From: Anthoceros angustus
Taxonomy: Eukaryota; Plantae; Anthocerotophyta
Length of the DNA: 64,000 bases
Assembly: GCA_010909165.1 (NCBI GenBank)
Contig: MU008160.1
Coordinates: 124,001 to 188,000, forward strand
Direction: 5' to 3'
Shown piece after piece: positions 10,783-23,283 of this stretch (positions are counted from its first letter, which is position 1; each line of letters starts with the position of its first letter). The notes below the pieces were generated by a model. It ran no database searches. It was not told where the DNA came from and saw only the letters and a program-made list of their open reading frames with translations. The translations under genes and the position numbers were made by a program.

Positions 10783-12411
10783 AAGGAAATCCAGCAAAGT
10801 ACTCTTCATATGCAGATGACGGTGACCCATAAGCGGGTTTTGAATGACATAAATGATGAAGCCAGGACAGGTGGTGATGATCACAATGTTGTGCGGAGAA
10901 GCAAGAAAATGAGGAGAATAGATGATCCGTCCTCAAACAGTGAAAGAAGATGAGGAGAATAGATGATCTGTCCTCAAACAGTGAAATCTTGTCAGATGCA
11001 GTCAGCTCATTGTGATAGTATTCATGATATTTTCTCTGCGTCGACCGTTTTCCAGGATCATCTGTTTTGCTCAACTTTCTTCCATTGGACTCGTGATTGG
11101 TCAGCCTCTTTTTCTGGGCAGGAAGGTCCTCAGGTGCTTAAGTTTCGACCTCCAGCCACCCAGTTGATGATCAATTCAGAATTGTCATTAGCTCGCGTAT
11201 TGAATATGTACTGATGGGTCGCAGGCTGTAGAAACTAGTACCTTTTGTAGTTCCTGCTGGTCTATTGAATATGTACTCATGCTTCGCAGGGTGTAAAAAC
11301 TAGGGCCTTTTGTAGCTCTTGCTGGCCTATTGAATATACTGAGGGTTTGCAGGGTGAGAAAACTAGGGCCTCTTGTGAAGGAACTATGGCTGAGTGGAAA
11401 AATTGCTTAGCTTTACTACAATTTGTCGGACGACTTACAATTGCGGTGTGTTGTGCTTGCAGTTTCTCTACTTGGGAAGCTCTATAGAAGAATAAGAATT
11501 TTATGTACCGTAGACTAAGGACGTCATTGTATCGACCTCAGAGGCTCAGAGCACTAAGGTGGGCATTCCATCATAGAACAAGGTACTGGTAATTCAGACT
11601 TGACGGGGTTAGATGCAAGCAAGGTACCTTATGTTGCAGCTACCCTGTACCACTGTTCCACTGCACAACTGTCCAGAGCAAGTTGGGTTTCTGGGAGACA
11701 GGGTCAACTCGCCTGTACGTACACCCATGGCGCCTTAGCACAAGATCCTCTCCTCGATTGAATAATGAGATAAATCTTGGAAGTTATAACTCGCACCAAT
11801 GCCTTCCTGTTTTAGGGACCCTTTCATGGCCGACGATCCGGTCACCATCTCTAGGTGCCGACCAACGGCCCAACACAATTGAGACCCACCAGCCACACAT
11901 CAGAATCTGTAACTAAGCTCGGTAATAAGATGACTTCCAAGTGATCAAGTTCTCAGCTTGAATCTCTACAGTGGCAGCACATGCTTTGGCTGCCGAACGC
12001 TTGGCTGCACCGAGCAAGTCCAGGTGCAACAGCGGCAAGTTGCACGGTAGGTCATTAAAGCTCAGGGATAACACCTTCACCCGGGTTTTAGCTAAGGGGT
12101 CAACATCACGCGAACCCATCCCTTATCGTAGGTAACACGAGCTTGACCTGGGTTTTAAAATCAGGTGACCCTATTTTCACTCCTACAATTACCAACATGC
12201 AGAGTTGAATCCGCTCATCTGTTTCAAGCTGATACGATGTGTAACATAGGGGAATCAGAACCCTTGCTGAGATTTCTCCCCAGGGTTGTTTTGATTTATT
12301 TTCAAAATACTAAATTAAAAAAAATCTGTTTCAAGCTACGATAGTCTTTAGCCCGATGTATTTATCGATCTAATTGTTTCACATTTTCCCAGGCTCAAAG
12401 CCTGCAGAATA

Positions 12412-12623
12412 TTATGTAAAGAGAACGCATGCAAGTGTGATGCTATCAGGTGTAGTCATGCGCTCTTGTTGCATCCTTGCGTACAGAATGAGGGCTTCCT
12501 TGAAGAGCCCCTGCTCAGAGTATATGCGGCAATCAGGGCAGTCCATGTGACAACATCTCTGACGGGCATGCTGTTAAACACTCGACGGGCATCCTTTAAG
12601 CTTCTAGACTTGGAAGAGGCCTG
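12412..12623 (-). pseudogene. PPR fragment, copy 3
   Basis: Identical to 2273-2484. Confidence 0.8.
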
Positions 12624-14759
12624 AAGGAAATCCAGCAAAGTACTCTTCATATGCAGATGACGGTGACCCATAAGCGGGTTTTGAATGACATAAATGATGA
12701 AGCCAGGACAGGTGGTGATGATCACAATGTTGTGCGGAGAAGCAAGAAAATGAGGAGAATAGATGATCCGTCCTCAAACAGTGAAAGAAGATGAGGAGAA
12801 TAGATGATCTGTCCTCAAACAGTGAAATCTTGTCAGATGCAGTCAGAAACACAGGCAGACGAGATCACCGTATAGTGTTATTCCAGAACTGTTTCGGCGG
12901 CCAGCATTGAACAAGGAATCAAATGTGGGTGCTCCCAGGCCCCGACTTGCGAGATAGGTGGAAGCTGGTAGTCGTGATACACATGCAGATCTATAGGCTT
13001 AACGTGACAAGGTTTAAACAGCCTCTCCTTACCTCAGATGGCTGACCATGGCTCTGTCCCATAGTTGAGAGCTGCTATGTTGTTTTGTACTGGCATATGA
13101 AACAAAGTGGATGCTGCAATGGAGGGCTCCTGAGGCACAAGAACATGGTGAGGCACTTCTGTGCCTCTGCTGGTTCAGGTGCATCATGAGTGCAATGCAC
13201 CGTCGAATGTACGTTTGTGTCCTGAAACGCTGGGTGCCTTAAATCAAATTAGCAGGAAAGCTTATTCAGGAGCTGGAAAGCTAATTCAGGAGCTGGAAAG
13301 CAAACCTGAGCCTGCTACTCTTGCAGCTTATTCAGGAGCTGGAAAGCGAACCTGAGCCTGCTACTCTTGCAGCTTATCAGGAGTATGATGCGCACCTCAG
13401 CAAGGCTATTACATTGGCTTGTGAGCTTGACTCAGAAGAGGAAACTCAAAATCAGGAAGAATGTCCTTCCACACTCAAACACAGTGGGCTGTTTTGGTGT
13501 TTTGATGTCGTTAGTGCTAGGCTCTAAAGCCATTGATATGGAGAAACAGCCGAAAGGTTTCGCTGCGAGCCGAAGCAGACCATCCGAAACAATCCAATTT
13601 GCTCCACGAACGATAGAGGCTCTCCGTTAATCTCAAACTTCCTGACCATGGTTTAAGTGTCAAACAATGAGATAAAAATTCGTCACAAGAAAGTTGGTAC
13701 ATACACAAAGCATGTGGATCCATGTGCTACACTCATCCAATTAAAGCGCTCTGCATACTTCTGGATCCCAGGGAACTACGTCGTATGCACTTTAGTTCTG
13801 AGAATCAACCGAACCTTCCACCGGTGACAGGGTTCATGTGGCTCTGAATGTACCGAAACCCAAAATGGCAAGTCCAAAATCAGAGCCTCTGCCACTGACA
13901 TTTTCCAGTTCAACCACAATGTTTACTCCATACAGAGGCTGTCCGCCAACCCTATTGGGCCACCATAGCTTAGGCTCCAGGAAGACAAGCTGCAAGAAGT
14001 GATAGTCTCTTATTCACATTGAGTAGATCATTGAGTCATGTTTGGCCCAGTTCCACACACGTTTTCCAATGGCTTAAGAGAGTTGATAGAAAATATCGGC
14101 TCAATCGTGTGTTGCTTCAATTCTCCACTACTTATGAAGGCATACTGTGACACCTGGTGTTCAGCCAAGTCGTCAGTATTCAGCGTAACTTGCATTTTGA
14201 AATGGCAAAGAAGATCTTCAGAGCATGTGTTCTTCAAGTCAATTGTCGCATGCAAATAGGCAACTTCGAATCCACCTTCAAATGTGGAGACTAAATGAGG
14301 ATCTGAGACTGTAACCGGCTGCATTATATAGAACACCTGAAACACTTGTGAGAAGCCCTCAGGATGCTGCAAAGCAACAAGTAAAGCACTACATGGTGCC
14401 ACATTTAAGCATACCCCAGTAAATGAAATGGACACTTCATCCCAAATGCCTGTGTTTCCTATCTCTGCGTCACAGCACAAGTATCAACCGAGGACAAGCA
14501 AAATGCTGTCTCGTACAAGCAGGTCGAGGCAACACCTCATATACCGTATTGGAATCATCAAGTCCCATCCGTCCACATATTGTGCTGCCACATCCTTTGC
14601 AGTCTGCACAGAGCATCAAGGCCCGAACGGAGTCGAAAAGCATAAAACCATGGTGAGCTCGGACAGAAACGTCCAGACTTAGATCATGGTCCCCACCCCA
14701 CTTTCGACGAGCCTCAGTCCGTTCCTCGCCGGCTTAATCAATCGAATTTTCAGATCCCC

Positions 14760-15570
14760 ATCCTGAACAGGCTTCTGAAGTTCTGGCCTATGTGAGCCAT
14801 CGTGTCACAGAGACGTCACTGGGTACACTGTACGGCTGCAGGAGGATTGTGATGACGGGAAAGTGGGAGTGCAGAGCCCTGACAAAATCCAGGCTGAGAT
14901 CAGTCTAAGCTGATCGATACACCTGGCATACTCAAATTGATCCTGGACAGTGGAAAGTGTGTTTGCCTATGGGAACTGTGCTCAGCAGACCTGCCCTTTA
15001 TACATCTTCTCATCCTCATGAACACGTTTGCGAGTAGCCAGACCGGAACATGCGAACGATGGATCTCCTGGACCCTCTTGCTCGACGGATTTGTGTGGAT
15101 AGCAAAATTTCGGGCCGAGAAGAAATCTGGCTCAGAAAAGTCAGGCCTGTGCTAAGGGACACTGAGAATTCGAATGATGCGCATCATCTACTTCCATACA
15201 TCCTGGGACGTGAGCCTGCCCTACGGCTACGGTAGCTAGGATGGGGGCAGACCGACAGCCTCAGGTGGAGCATTTCTTGGTTACTGCGCTAAAGACATGG
15301 GCACGTCTTCGAGGCGTTTTTGGGGCAGGATTCGTGAACGATTGGTTTTGCCAAACCTCACTTCCGTTAGATAACTGTGAAACACATCCATACACGTTCA
15401 CAGCAGATGCATGTACTGGCAGTGTGCAGTGCACAGCATCCCATGGCTCGAGGCCGGTGCCGGGTCTCCACTTGTACAGCATCTGATCACATGGATGCTG
15501 CAGCCTGCAGCTCCACAATTCCAAAAGCCTCACAGGATTACTGTAAGCAATGTTCTGAATTGGAAGAGGT
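14760..15570 (+). pseudogene. Kinase-like relic, copy 2
   Basis: Near-identical to 4622-5445. Confidence 0.4.
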
Positions 15571-16131
15571 GGAGGCCACCATTGACAAGAGCCATTGCCA
15601 AGAGGTAGGTTCCCCAAGCCAAATCAAGCAGTAGCGTTCCTGATCCTTAATCGGATTTTGTGAATGGTAGGAATCGTGTGGAGTAATCCACATGCTGCTG
15701 AGCATGGTAAGCGTCGTCTGGAGTAATTCAGATGCTGATGAGCATGGTACGAATCGTGTGGAGAAATTCAATTGCTCCTGAGCATGGTTGAAGATGTCCC
15801 TTGGTGTTGGCCTCTTCCCTACATGTATCCCAAAGGAACAAGACAGAACAGTCTACCAAAGCATGTGAATACATGGATTCATAGATACCAAAATTATACA
15901 GATCGAAATTATTCAACTTTGAGGTAGATTACAAACCAAATTACACACAAAGTATAGTAAAACTGCACCCACACAAAGTTGAGAGCACGTCTCTATATGT
16001 AGACGGGTGTCTCCAACGGATCTCATCGGTTCAAGCAAGGCATCTATCCGATCTCTTTGATTGTAGCACGCAAATATCAAAGTGTTTGTTCGTACAGCCT
16101 AGTGGGTCGTGAATTAAAGGAGCCAGAGAAG

Positions 16132-16842
16132 CTAGAGATGGAACAGGCGCTTCTGCGCATCCAGGAGGTACTGGGTCTGCTTGGGCGTGATTCCGAATGC
16201 CTGCCCTAAAACATCCGAAGGAATGTCGGAACTCATGAGAGCGCTCACAAAGTTTTGAGCAGGAGAGTACTGCGTGTTCAGAGCCGAGATGACCCAAGAC
16301 AGACCGTCCGCCACATTCTTCATGAAAATCAAAGATCCCCGAGGAAACACAAACACTTCTCCCTTCTTCAGAAGTGTCTTGTACAGCTTGTGGCTCTGAG
16401 ACGGCACGAACGCCACCTCCAGCTCTCCCTCCACCATGTAGATGATCTCGGTGGCTCGTGCGTGGTGGTGGGGTGGGTTGAGCCCCCCCTTGCCGAAGTC
16501 GATCCTCTGCAATGCAATGCCCAAAGTGTTGAGCCCCGGGAAGACGTTCACAAACCCGCTGGTGATGACGCAGCCCAGAGGGTGCTTGCTGGTGTCGCCC
16601 GGCGTCACCAACCCAGAGAATTTGAAATCCTCAGCGGTGGTCTCTTCCACCGACTTACAGGTGAACCCGTTGATGTGGGGGTTGGGGTTCTTCACGTCCT
16701 TCGCCACACAGAAATCCTGCAGCGGGTCGGGGTCCGAAGCAGCCGTGAAGCTGGGCGCGCAAGCAACGAAGAAGAGCACGGCAGACGAGATCACAATCAG
16801 CTGCATCGTTGCGTCCAGGAGCGAGGTCTCGCAGCGGGCCAT
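16132..16842 (-). CDS. Germin-like protein 2, intronless
   Basis: Open 236-aa frame from MARCETSLL (start chosen by homology with the other copies); same germin boxes. Confidence 0.95.
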   Translation of the reverse strand: MARCETSLLDATMQLIVISSAVLFFVACAPSFTAASDPDPLQDFCVAKDVKNPNPHINGFTCKSVEETTAEDFKFSGLVTPGDTSKHPLGCVITSGFVNVFPGLNTLGIALQRIDFGKGGLNPPHHHARATEIIYMVEGELEVAFVPSQSHKLYKTLLKKGEVFVFPRGSLIFMKNVADGLSWVISALNTQYSPAQNFVSALMSSDIPSDVLGQAFGITPKQTQYLLDAQKRLFHL

Positions 16843-16964
16843 GGTTGAGGAGTCGGGTCGACGGGACAAAGATCCTTGAGCGATAGAACGTAAGTTGCAG
16901 AGGAGATCGAAGACTGGAATGCTGAGCGCTGCAGACGGTGATAGTTGCTGCAGGCTGGCCGGGC

Positions 16965-16970
16965 TTTATA
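16965..16970 (-). promoter_or_regulatory. TATA box of GLP2
   Basis: Conserved GATGGTATAAAG. Confidence 0.6.
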
Positions 16971-17723
16971 CCATCGCCCACAAGGCCAGATCGCACTGCC
17001 AGGCATGATCGTACGTGTGCACAGCCGTTAATCCGGTGTTCTGAGGTCCAGAAGGTCTGCAACAAAAATCTGTGGAGGGGAAATTTTAGGAAATTCGCAA
17101 GCACATGAAGGGTCTGCAAATTGGCTATGGGTGCGTGATGGCATGCCGGGATGCAGGGCGCTAACGCTGTGCGTCCGGACACTGATTCCGATGGCAGCTG
17201 ACGTCTGGCCGACAGGGATTTTTGGGAAGTTGTGCATCGAAGTTTCGGAGTCAGCTTCCAGCCCATTGCTTGGAACTAGTCATGGCAGAGCAAATTGGGT
17301 TTCTGGGACACAGGGTCAACTCGCCTGTACGGACGCACCCATGGCGCCTTAGCACCAGATCCTCTCCTCGATTGAATAATGAGATCGATCTTGGAAGTTG
17401 CAAGTTGCACCAATGCCTTCCTGTTTTTAGGGACCCTTTCATGGCCGACGATCCGGTCACCATCTCTTGTCAGGCTGCGGCCCCGGGAACTCTCCTTCTA
17501 TCGCTGGTTGAATTTACTGCCCCAGAAGCTCGGTGCTGATGGACGGCCCGACATAAATGAAACCCACAAATCAGAAACCACCAGCCACACATCATTTGCC
17601 GCATGCCATGACTGCAGTAGCGGGAAGGAGCTGTTGCGTGGTTTGTTGGAAACTTGGAAGGCGAAAGAACGAAGTCTGACTAGTTAGATGTCCATCGATT
17701 GCAACTTAGGGTTCGTTGCAAAG

Positions 17724-18002
17724 TAGGGTTTGCGAGGCTAGAAGAAGAAGAATTTTATTTAAGTCCACTAAGGACGGATTTTCCGTCACGGGACAGGACG
17801 GATTTTCCGTCACGGGACTTGGTACTTAACAACTTGTACCATGGTGTGCCTAAACTACTTGCACCAAGGGCATCTACTCCCTTTAGGCACCCCATCTAAG
17901 TACCGATTCAAGCTCAGGATGCTTAATCACGGCGTTCTTATATATGTGTGTCCATTTGGCCTAGGCCATTAGCTAGCTGGTCTCTGGTACCGATTAGGGT
18001 TT
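17724..18002 (+). promoter_or_regulatory. Telo-box motifs (TAGGGTTT) upstream of the YqgF-like gene
   Basis: TAGGGTTT at 17724 and 17995; three copies near 28562-28627 in the paralogous locus. Telo boxes are known in plant translation and ribosome-biogenesis promoters. Confidence 0.45.
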
Positions 18003-18214
18003 CTGCAATTTCTGTTTCCAATGTTGGCCGGCACGTTGAGCTCTGGAAGGCTGGCGATGTTTGCCGTCTTCTAGCCCGCAATCTGTCGGCCTCCATTGAC
18101 ATTGCAGTCTCGTTTGTTGCCATGGTGGGGATTGTCTTCGAACTGACGGATGTGTCTGGAGTTGGTTTTGAAAAGTTGGCCTGTTGTTATATATGGTGGG
18201 GCCCTACACGAGGA

Positions 18215-19370
18215 ACGCGGCGGGTGTCACGTAAGGAGCTGTTCCAGCTGGCCCGCTCTGGTCAGTGCCTGTTAGGGATGGACGTGGGAGACCGTAGTAT
18301 CGGCTTGGGGATCTCAGATGTTGCCAATCCGGTCACCTCTTCCGTTAGGTTTTTTCCCCGGTTGCTTGTTTCCTGTTCTTCAACAGCACGTCGCAACCCC
18401 GGGCTTCGTTGATGCTTGTATGAGGTGAAAGCCCTGTGCAGGTGCAAGATGCAATGAGCGCTGTGTTGCATGCTAGATGCCCCATCATCTTGAATGTGTC
18501 TATAGTCGCACTACATTTAACTGCCTCTTGAAATTTGCTGCTTGCTCAGCTAGCAGATCCGGCTGCAACCGTCGGAACCTTGTTTGTTTGACACGGTCAT
18601 CGAACAAACCAGCCACCCAGTTCCAGTGAGAGCATCTTGATTTTGCCTTTGTAGGATCTTGGGTGTCTTTTCCGTCCCCTGGCGGACGCTTTGACTGTCC
18701 GCTCGTTTGTCTGCTGGTGTGCTTGTGACTGCTGTATGTACATTGTGGTTTATTTACCAAAGGACAAACTTCTGTTTATATTTCGATGTGCATTAGTGTA
18801 GCTCGGTATGCCCAGTGGACAGAAGCGTTATGGTCCTTCGTTCATCCCTTTGGAACAGTAGTTGTGCAACTCTGTACGTAGTCTACCGTTTCGTCTTGTT
18901 GCAGTGTCGTATGCCGATTGCAGTCAGCTCATTGTGATAGTATTCATGATATTTTCTCTGCGTCGACCGTTTTCCAGGATCATCTGTTTTGCTCAACTTT
19001 CTTCCATTGGACTCGTGATTGGTCAGCCTCTTGCCTTTTCTGGGCAGGAAGGTCCTCAGGTGCTTAAGTTTCGACCTCCAGCCACCCAGTTGATGATCAA
19101 TTCAGAATTGTCATTAGCTCGCGTATTGAATATGTACTGATGGGTCGCAGGCTGTAGAAACTAGTACCTTTTGTAGTTCCTGCTGGTCTATTGAATATGT
19201 ACTCATGCTTCGCAGGGTGTAAAAACTAGGGCCTTTTGTAGCTCTTGCTGGCCTATTGAATATACTGAGGGTTTGCAGGGTGAGAAAACTAGGGCCTCTT
19301 GTGAAGGAACTATGGCTGAGTGGAAAAATTGCTTAGCTTTACTACAATTTGTCGGACGACTTACAATTGC
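18215..19370 (+). pseudogene. YqgF/RuvX-like (pre-16S rRNA nuclease / Holliday-junction resolvase-like) pseudogene
   Basis: Exon CLLGMDVGDRSIGLGISDVANP (family motif LG.DVG...G.A.SD) with donor at 18349. Exon 18978-19059 SIGLVIGQPLAFSGQEGPQ (cf. VVGLPLNMDG.E.P). Later degenerate exon LVKELWLSGK...YYNLSDD (cf. YTYWDER) with frameshift and stop. Confidence 0.7.
19124..19300 (+). repeat. 65-bp tandem triplication spanning a splice acceptor
   Basis: TATTGAATA at 19124, 19189 and 19254, each followed by (C/T)GCAG|G and A(A/G)AACTAG. Confidence 0.8.
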
Positions 19371-20548
19371 GGTGTGTTGTGCTTGCAGTTTCTCTACTTG
19401 GGAAGCTCTATAGAAGAATAAGAATTTTATGTACCGTAGACTAAGGACGTCATTGTATCGACCTCAGAGGCTCAGAGCACTAAGGTGGGCATTCCATCAT
19501 AGAACAAGGTACTGGTAATTCAGACTTGACGGGGTTAGATGCAAGCAAGGTACCTTATGTTGCAGCTACCCTGTACCACTGTTCCACTGCACAACTGTCC
19601 AGAGCAAGTTGGGTTTCTGGGAGACAGGGTCAACTCGCCTGTACGTACACCCATGGCGCCTTAGCACAAGATCCTCTCCTCGATTGAATAATGAGATAAA
19701 TCTTGGAAGTTATAACTCGCACCAATGCCTTCCTGTTTTTAGGGACCCTTTCATGGCCGACGATCCGGTCACCATCTCTAGGTGCCGACCAACGGCCCAA
19801 CACAATTGAGACCCACCAGCCACACATCAGAATCTGTAACTAAGCTCGGTAATAAGATGACTTCCAAGTGATCAAGTTCTCAGCTTGAATCTCTACAGTG
19901 GCAGCACTTTCTCTGGCCGACACAGGCAACAGCACCACACTTGTTCGTCAACAAAGAAGCCGGATACCTCGAAAACCCTAATTGTTGTGTAGCCTCTGCC
20001 ACCTCGTCGATGGTCCCTTAATACAACCGGCTTCATCCAACGTTTGGCTGGCCTCGACTGGCTCATACTTGGCAAAGCAATAACCCGAGAAACGCCACTC
20101 GAGGATTTCGGTTGAAACTTTCAAACTAGAATCTATTTAGGTCGAGCTGTCCCATGGGGATATTAATGACCTTGTGAGCGAGATCGATGGTCGAGACCAG
20201 GTTGCAATATCTGCTGGCACGCATCCAACCGTGGCTTCGACTCTGATCCATAAAACGAGTGCGCACTTGTCCTGGCTTACCATGGGAAGCCTATTTCATG
20301 TGCAAGTACGACGTAGAAACCTTGTCTATGTTCAACTGCTTCCTTCCATGCTGGCTGTGGATATTCGTGTGATTGTCTCGCTATCCATATTTGATCCTTC
20401 ACCACCACGAAGGAAACCTGGGCATGTCAGGTTCTCCACTGTCTTGCACCCTCTGAGTTGGGAATCAATCAGTTGACTCTGCAATTTTAAGTACTAGCAA
20501 TTTAGTAAAAATTTTATATAGTAAAAAATTTGAGAATAGTCACGTCAT

Positions 20549-20621
20549 GGGGATGTAGCTCAGATGGTAGAGCGCTCGCTTAGCATGCGAGAGGTACGGG
20601 GTTCGATACCCCGCATCTCCA
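20549..20621 (+). tRNA. trnA-AGC: tRNA-Ala (anticodon AGC), nuclear type
   Basis: 73-nt cloverleaf GGGGATG...CATCTCCA with G3:U70, anticodon loop TTAGCAT and T loop TTCGATA; AT-rich 5' flank and T4 tract downstream. Confidence 0.97.
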
Positions 20622-20711
20622 GTGAGCATCATTTTATCAACTTCCCTTCCCTTTACATAGGGAACCATTGCAGCTGCTGTTGCACCATTTTACAAAGTGA
20701 ACTATTGCAGC

Positions 20712-20915
20712 AGAGTGGGGGAGCTGATGTGTATCTGAGAAGTCGGAACTGAAGCTGATGTGTATTAGAGAAGGCGGAAGAGTGGGGGAGCTGATGTGTA
20801 TATGAGAAGTCGGAACTGAAGCTGATGTGTATTAGAGAAGGCGGAACTGAAGCTGCAATGCTTGGAAATAAATAGCTCGGAACTCAAGCTGCAATGCTTG
20901 GAAATAAATAGCTCG
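20712..20915 (+). repeat. Interlocking short tandem duplications (GAGTGGGGGAGCTGATGTGTAT...; GAAGCTGCAATGCTTGGAAATAAATAGCTCGG)
   Basis: Directly visible. Confidence 0.75.
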
Positions 20916-21089
20916 GCACCTAAACACCACGTAAATGTGCCATCCAATCTCAAGTTCAATGAACACAAGAACATGACGAGCGGAAGCTTATGAGCCGATG
21001 GTTGTGGAACTTGGAGAGGACATAGGCAGCCACGGAAACCGCTTCTCTTTGTATCTCGCCTTGCTTTATCAAGGTCGTCTCCTCCGTTG

Positions 21090-21220
21090 GCTTGTCCTAT
21101 TTGCTATGTGTTCCATTTCCTTCCACGGCATGCCTTCCTTCCCGAGCTGGACTGCCATGTCGGGTCTAGTTGCAATCATGGCATTCATCAATTTGCCAAC
21201 CACCTGTTGATACATCTGAA
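21090..21220 (-). mobile_element. Copia RT fragment
   Basis: MYQQVVGKLMNAMIATRPDMA (cf. YQ.LVGSLMYAM.ATRPDI). Confidence 0.75.
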
Positions 21221-21339
21221 CAAAGATAGAGCGATTACCTTCCTTAGGGGCAAACACACAAAACGGTGCACCATCTAAATAACAACAGCGCTCAAGAGCA
21301 AGCTACCATCAATTATACACTCAAGTCCTAGGTTTTGGA

Positions 21340-21500
21340 GAAGTTCAAATGTTTCGAAGCTTTGGTGGAGAACATGACTCGCCGAAGTATCAAAGTATTG
21401 TACTTAGACAATGGTGGGAGTATATTTCTACTATATTTGCCACCTTTTGTGCTGAACATGGCATTGCTAGTCCATTTTCTCTTCCGTATTCACCACAAAC
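21340..21500 (+). mobile_element. Copia integrase fragment
   Basis: KFKCFEALVENMTRRSIKVLYLDNGG, frameshift, EYISTIFATFCAEHGIASPFSLPYSPQ. Confidence 0.8.
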
Positions 21501-22356
21501 AGCATAATATTTAAAGCGGCTGAATATACATCAAGCGGCTTTAGGGGTCTCTATACGTGGATCCGGGTTTTTGATGGTTATCAAAACGGCATGTTTGGGA
21601 GTATGCGGCAAAAAACGATAGAAAAAAAGGGTGAACATCACAGACAAATACAGTTGTGCCAACCACAGCACTGGAAAAACGGTTTTCGCACCCGCTTATC
21701 ATGCGTTTCGCCGGGAAAAGTACTCATGTCCTATCCCCCTCCATGCAGGGGAAAAAAAGTAGGCCGTTCAAGTTTTCGGTGGCTTGTGTTGTAATCATTG
21801 TGGCCAAGAACAACAGTTCATTGCATTTAAAATCATATGGAGACAACTACGGTATGGGTTTTGCACAGGTTATCAAATGAGCTGAAAATGTATGCTGCGG
21901 TTGTTAGGGGTGGCATGGGCACGCATCTTGGCGTCTTACGCCTCTGCGCGGCGTAGATAAATGCGGTTGTCGATAGTATACGATTACGGAAACTAACACA
22001 CTATGGAAGTATATGACGTGCAGAGGGTGGAAAGTGGAACACAACCACTCCATGTCCGCCACCACCGGATAGTGTCTATAATGGCAAATGTTTATGACTA
22101 GTGCATATGTGTAATGAGCAATGTATTGCGGAAGTATATTGCAGCATGATAAAAGCTGGTACATGCTACAAGGCGACATTTAAAATGAACTCATCGCCGA
22201 CATGGTGTTACTGCATGTCTTTAAAACAATGTATGACAAGAATCTGAAACTTATGTCGGACACCTCTAGTGTCCGAATTTCAAACCCTATGCCATGAAGA
22301 GAAATAAGGGCTAAACATATGGTTCCCTCCTTATTTCAGTTGCTTAGCACATGTCA

Positions 22357-23283
22357 TTACTCTTCGCCTGAATCGAGACCCTCATCCCCTTCCACACAGG
22401 CCTCATCTCCATCATCATCACTATCCATTGCCTCCTCCGAAGTGTATGGTTGAATGTGAGGATGGAGCGCACTCAGCTTTTCCTTTATAGCTTTCTTATC
22501 TGCTGCGTACAGATGTTTCCTGGAAGTGAGTTGAAACCCGTAGTATATAGTAACGGTTTTTCGCACAAAAACCTTTTGGATGTTGGGGGCCCTTTGCACT
22601 TTCCCTGACCTTTTTTTGGCAGGTGGTCCAATGTCAGTTTCAGTCCTTTGAAAATATTCCCCAACATATTTGCCCTCATAAGCATTCGTGTGCTCAGTCC
22701 GCCACCAGCGCACAAGTAAATACGGTTCAGCGGCCCGAGGTGCATACTTACAACCTTCGCTACCCAGAACACCCTATTGTGTGTGTCACCCTCGCACGGT
22801 GTCACAATAAACATTCCTTTCTGTATCTCCATGATATCGCCACCCATCCTGCTTGCCTCCTCTTCTTGGCGTTCAATACTTTGGTAGGCCCCTAGATACA
22901 TGTCCTTGTGGTCTGTCACGCAATAGAGTGTCATCCAATATAGCTTCTTCCGGTATGTGCAAAGGGGGGACTCGGGCTTCAGTGGCAGCCCTATCGTACC
23001 ATCTCCAAGGGTTTTGCTGAACAAGCCCAATGTTATGATCCACAATATTTGCGATTTCGTGTTGATCATTCCAGAAATCCATCCACCATTCTTCCTCCAC
23101 AGCAGTCAAATGAGTTGGTAGCTTCATCAGTCCTTTTTTCAAGTGATCCATGCCTTCACGTGCAGTCAAACCCCCATCACTAGCCATCTTGTCCTTCGCC
23201 CGCAATGCCATCAAAGGAGCGGGCCCGACGACGGTGTCTGGAACAAAAGTCAAGAACTGAAGCCCACCTTCAGATTCCCACAA
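22357..23283 (-). mobile_element. C-terminal part of a Sola-like DNA transposase (degenerate)
   Basis: WESEGGLQFLTFVP...GMFIVTPCEGD..RVFWVAKV...; acidic tail. Assignment rests on recalled family architecture and adjacency to the core. Confidence 0.5.

Larger units (their letters stand above)
8181..16370 (+). repeat. Near-identical mosaic segmental duplication: 8181-8969=191-984; 8961-9300=18815-19154; 9290-11005=996-2707; 10997-11980=18919-19907; 11973-about 16370=1834-about 6240
   Basis: Direct comparison; identical ORF translations recur in the track, with differences mostly homopolymer indels. Confidence 0.9.

Noticed and set aside
17766-17820. CACTA followed by GACGGATTTTCCGTCAC twice, resembling a CACTA end
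   Set aside because: No matching TAGTG terminus or TSD was found.
20712-20915. CRISPR-like repeats
   Set aside because: Eukaryotic context, no unique spacers, no cas genes; these are simple tandem duplications.
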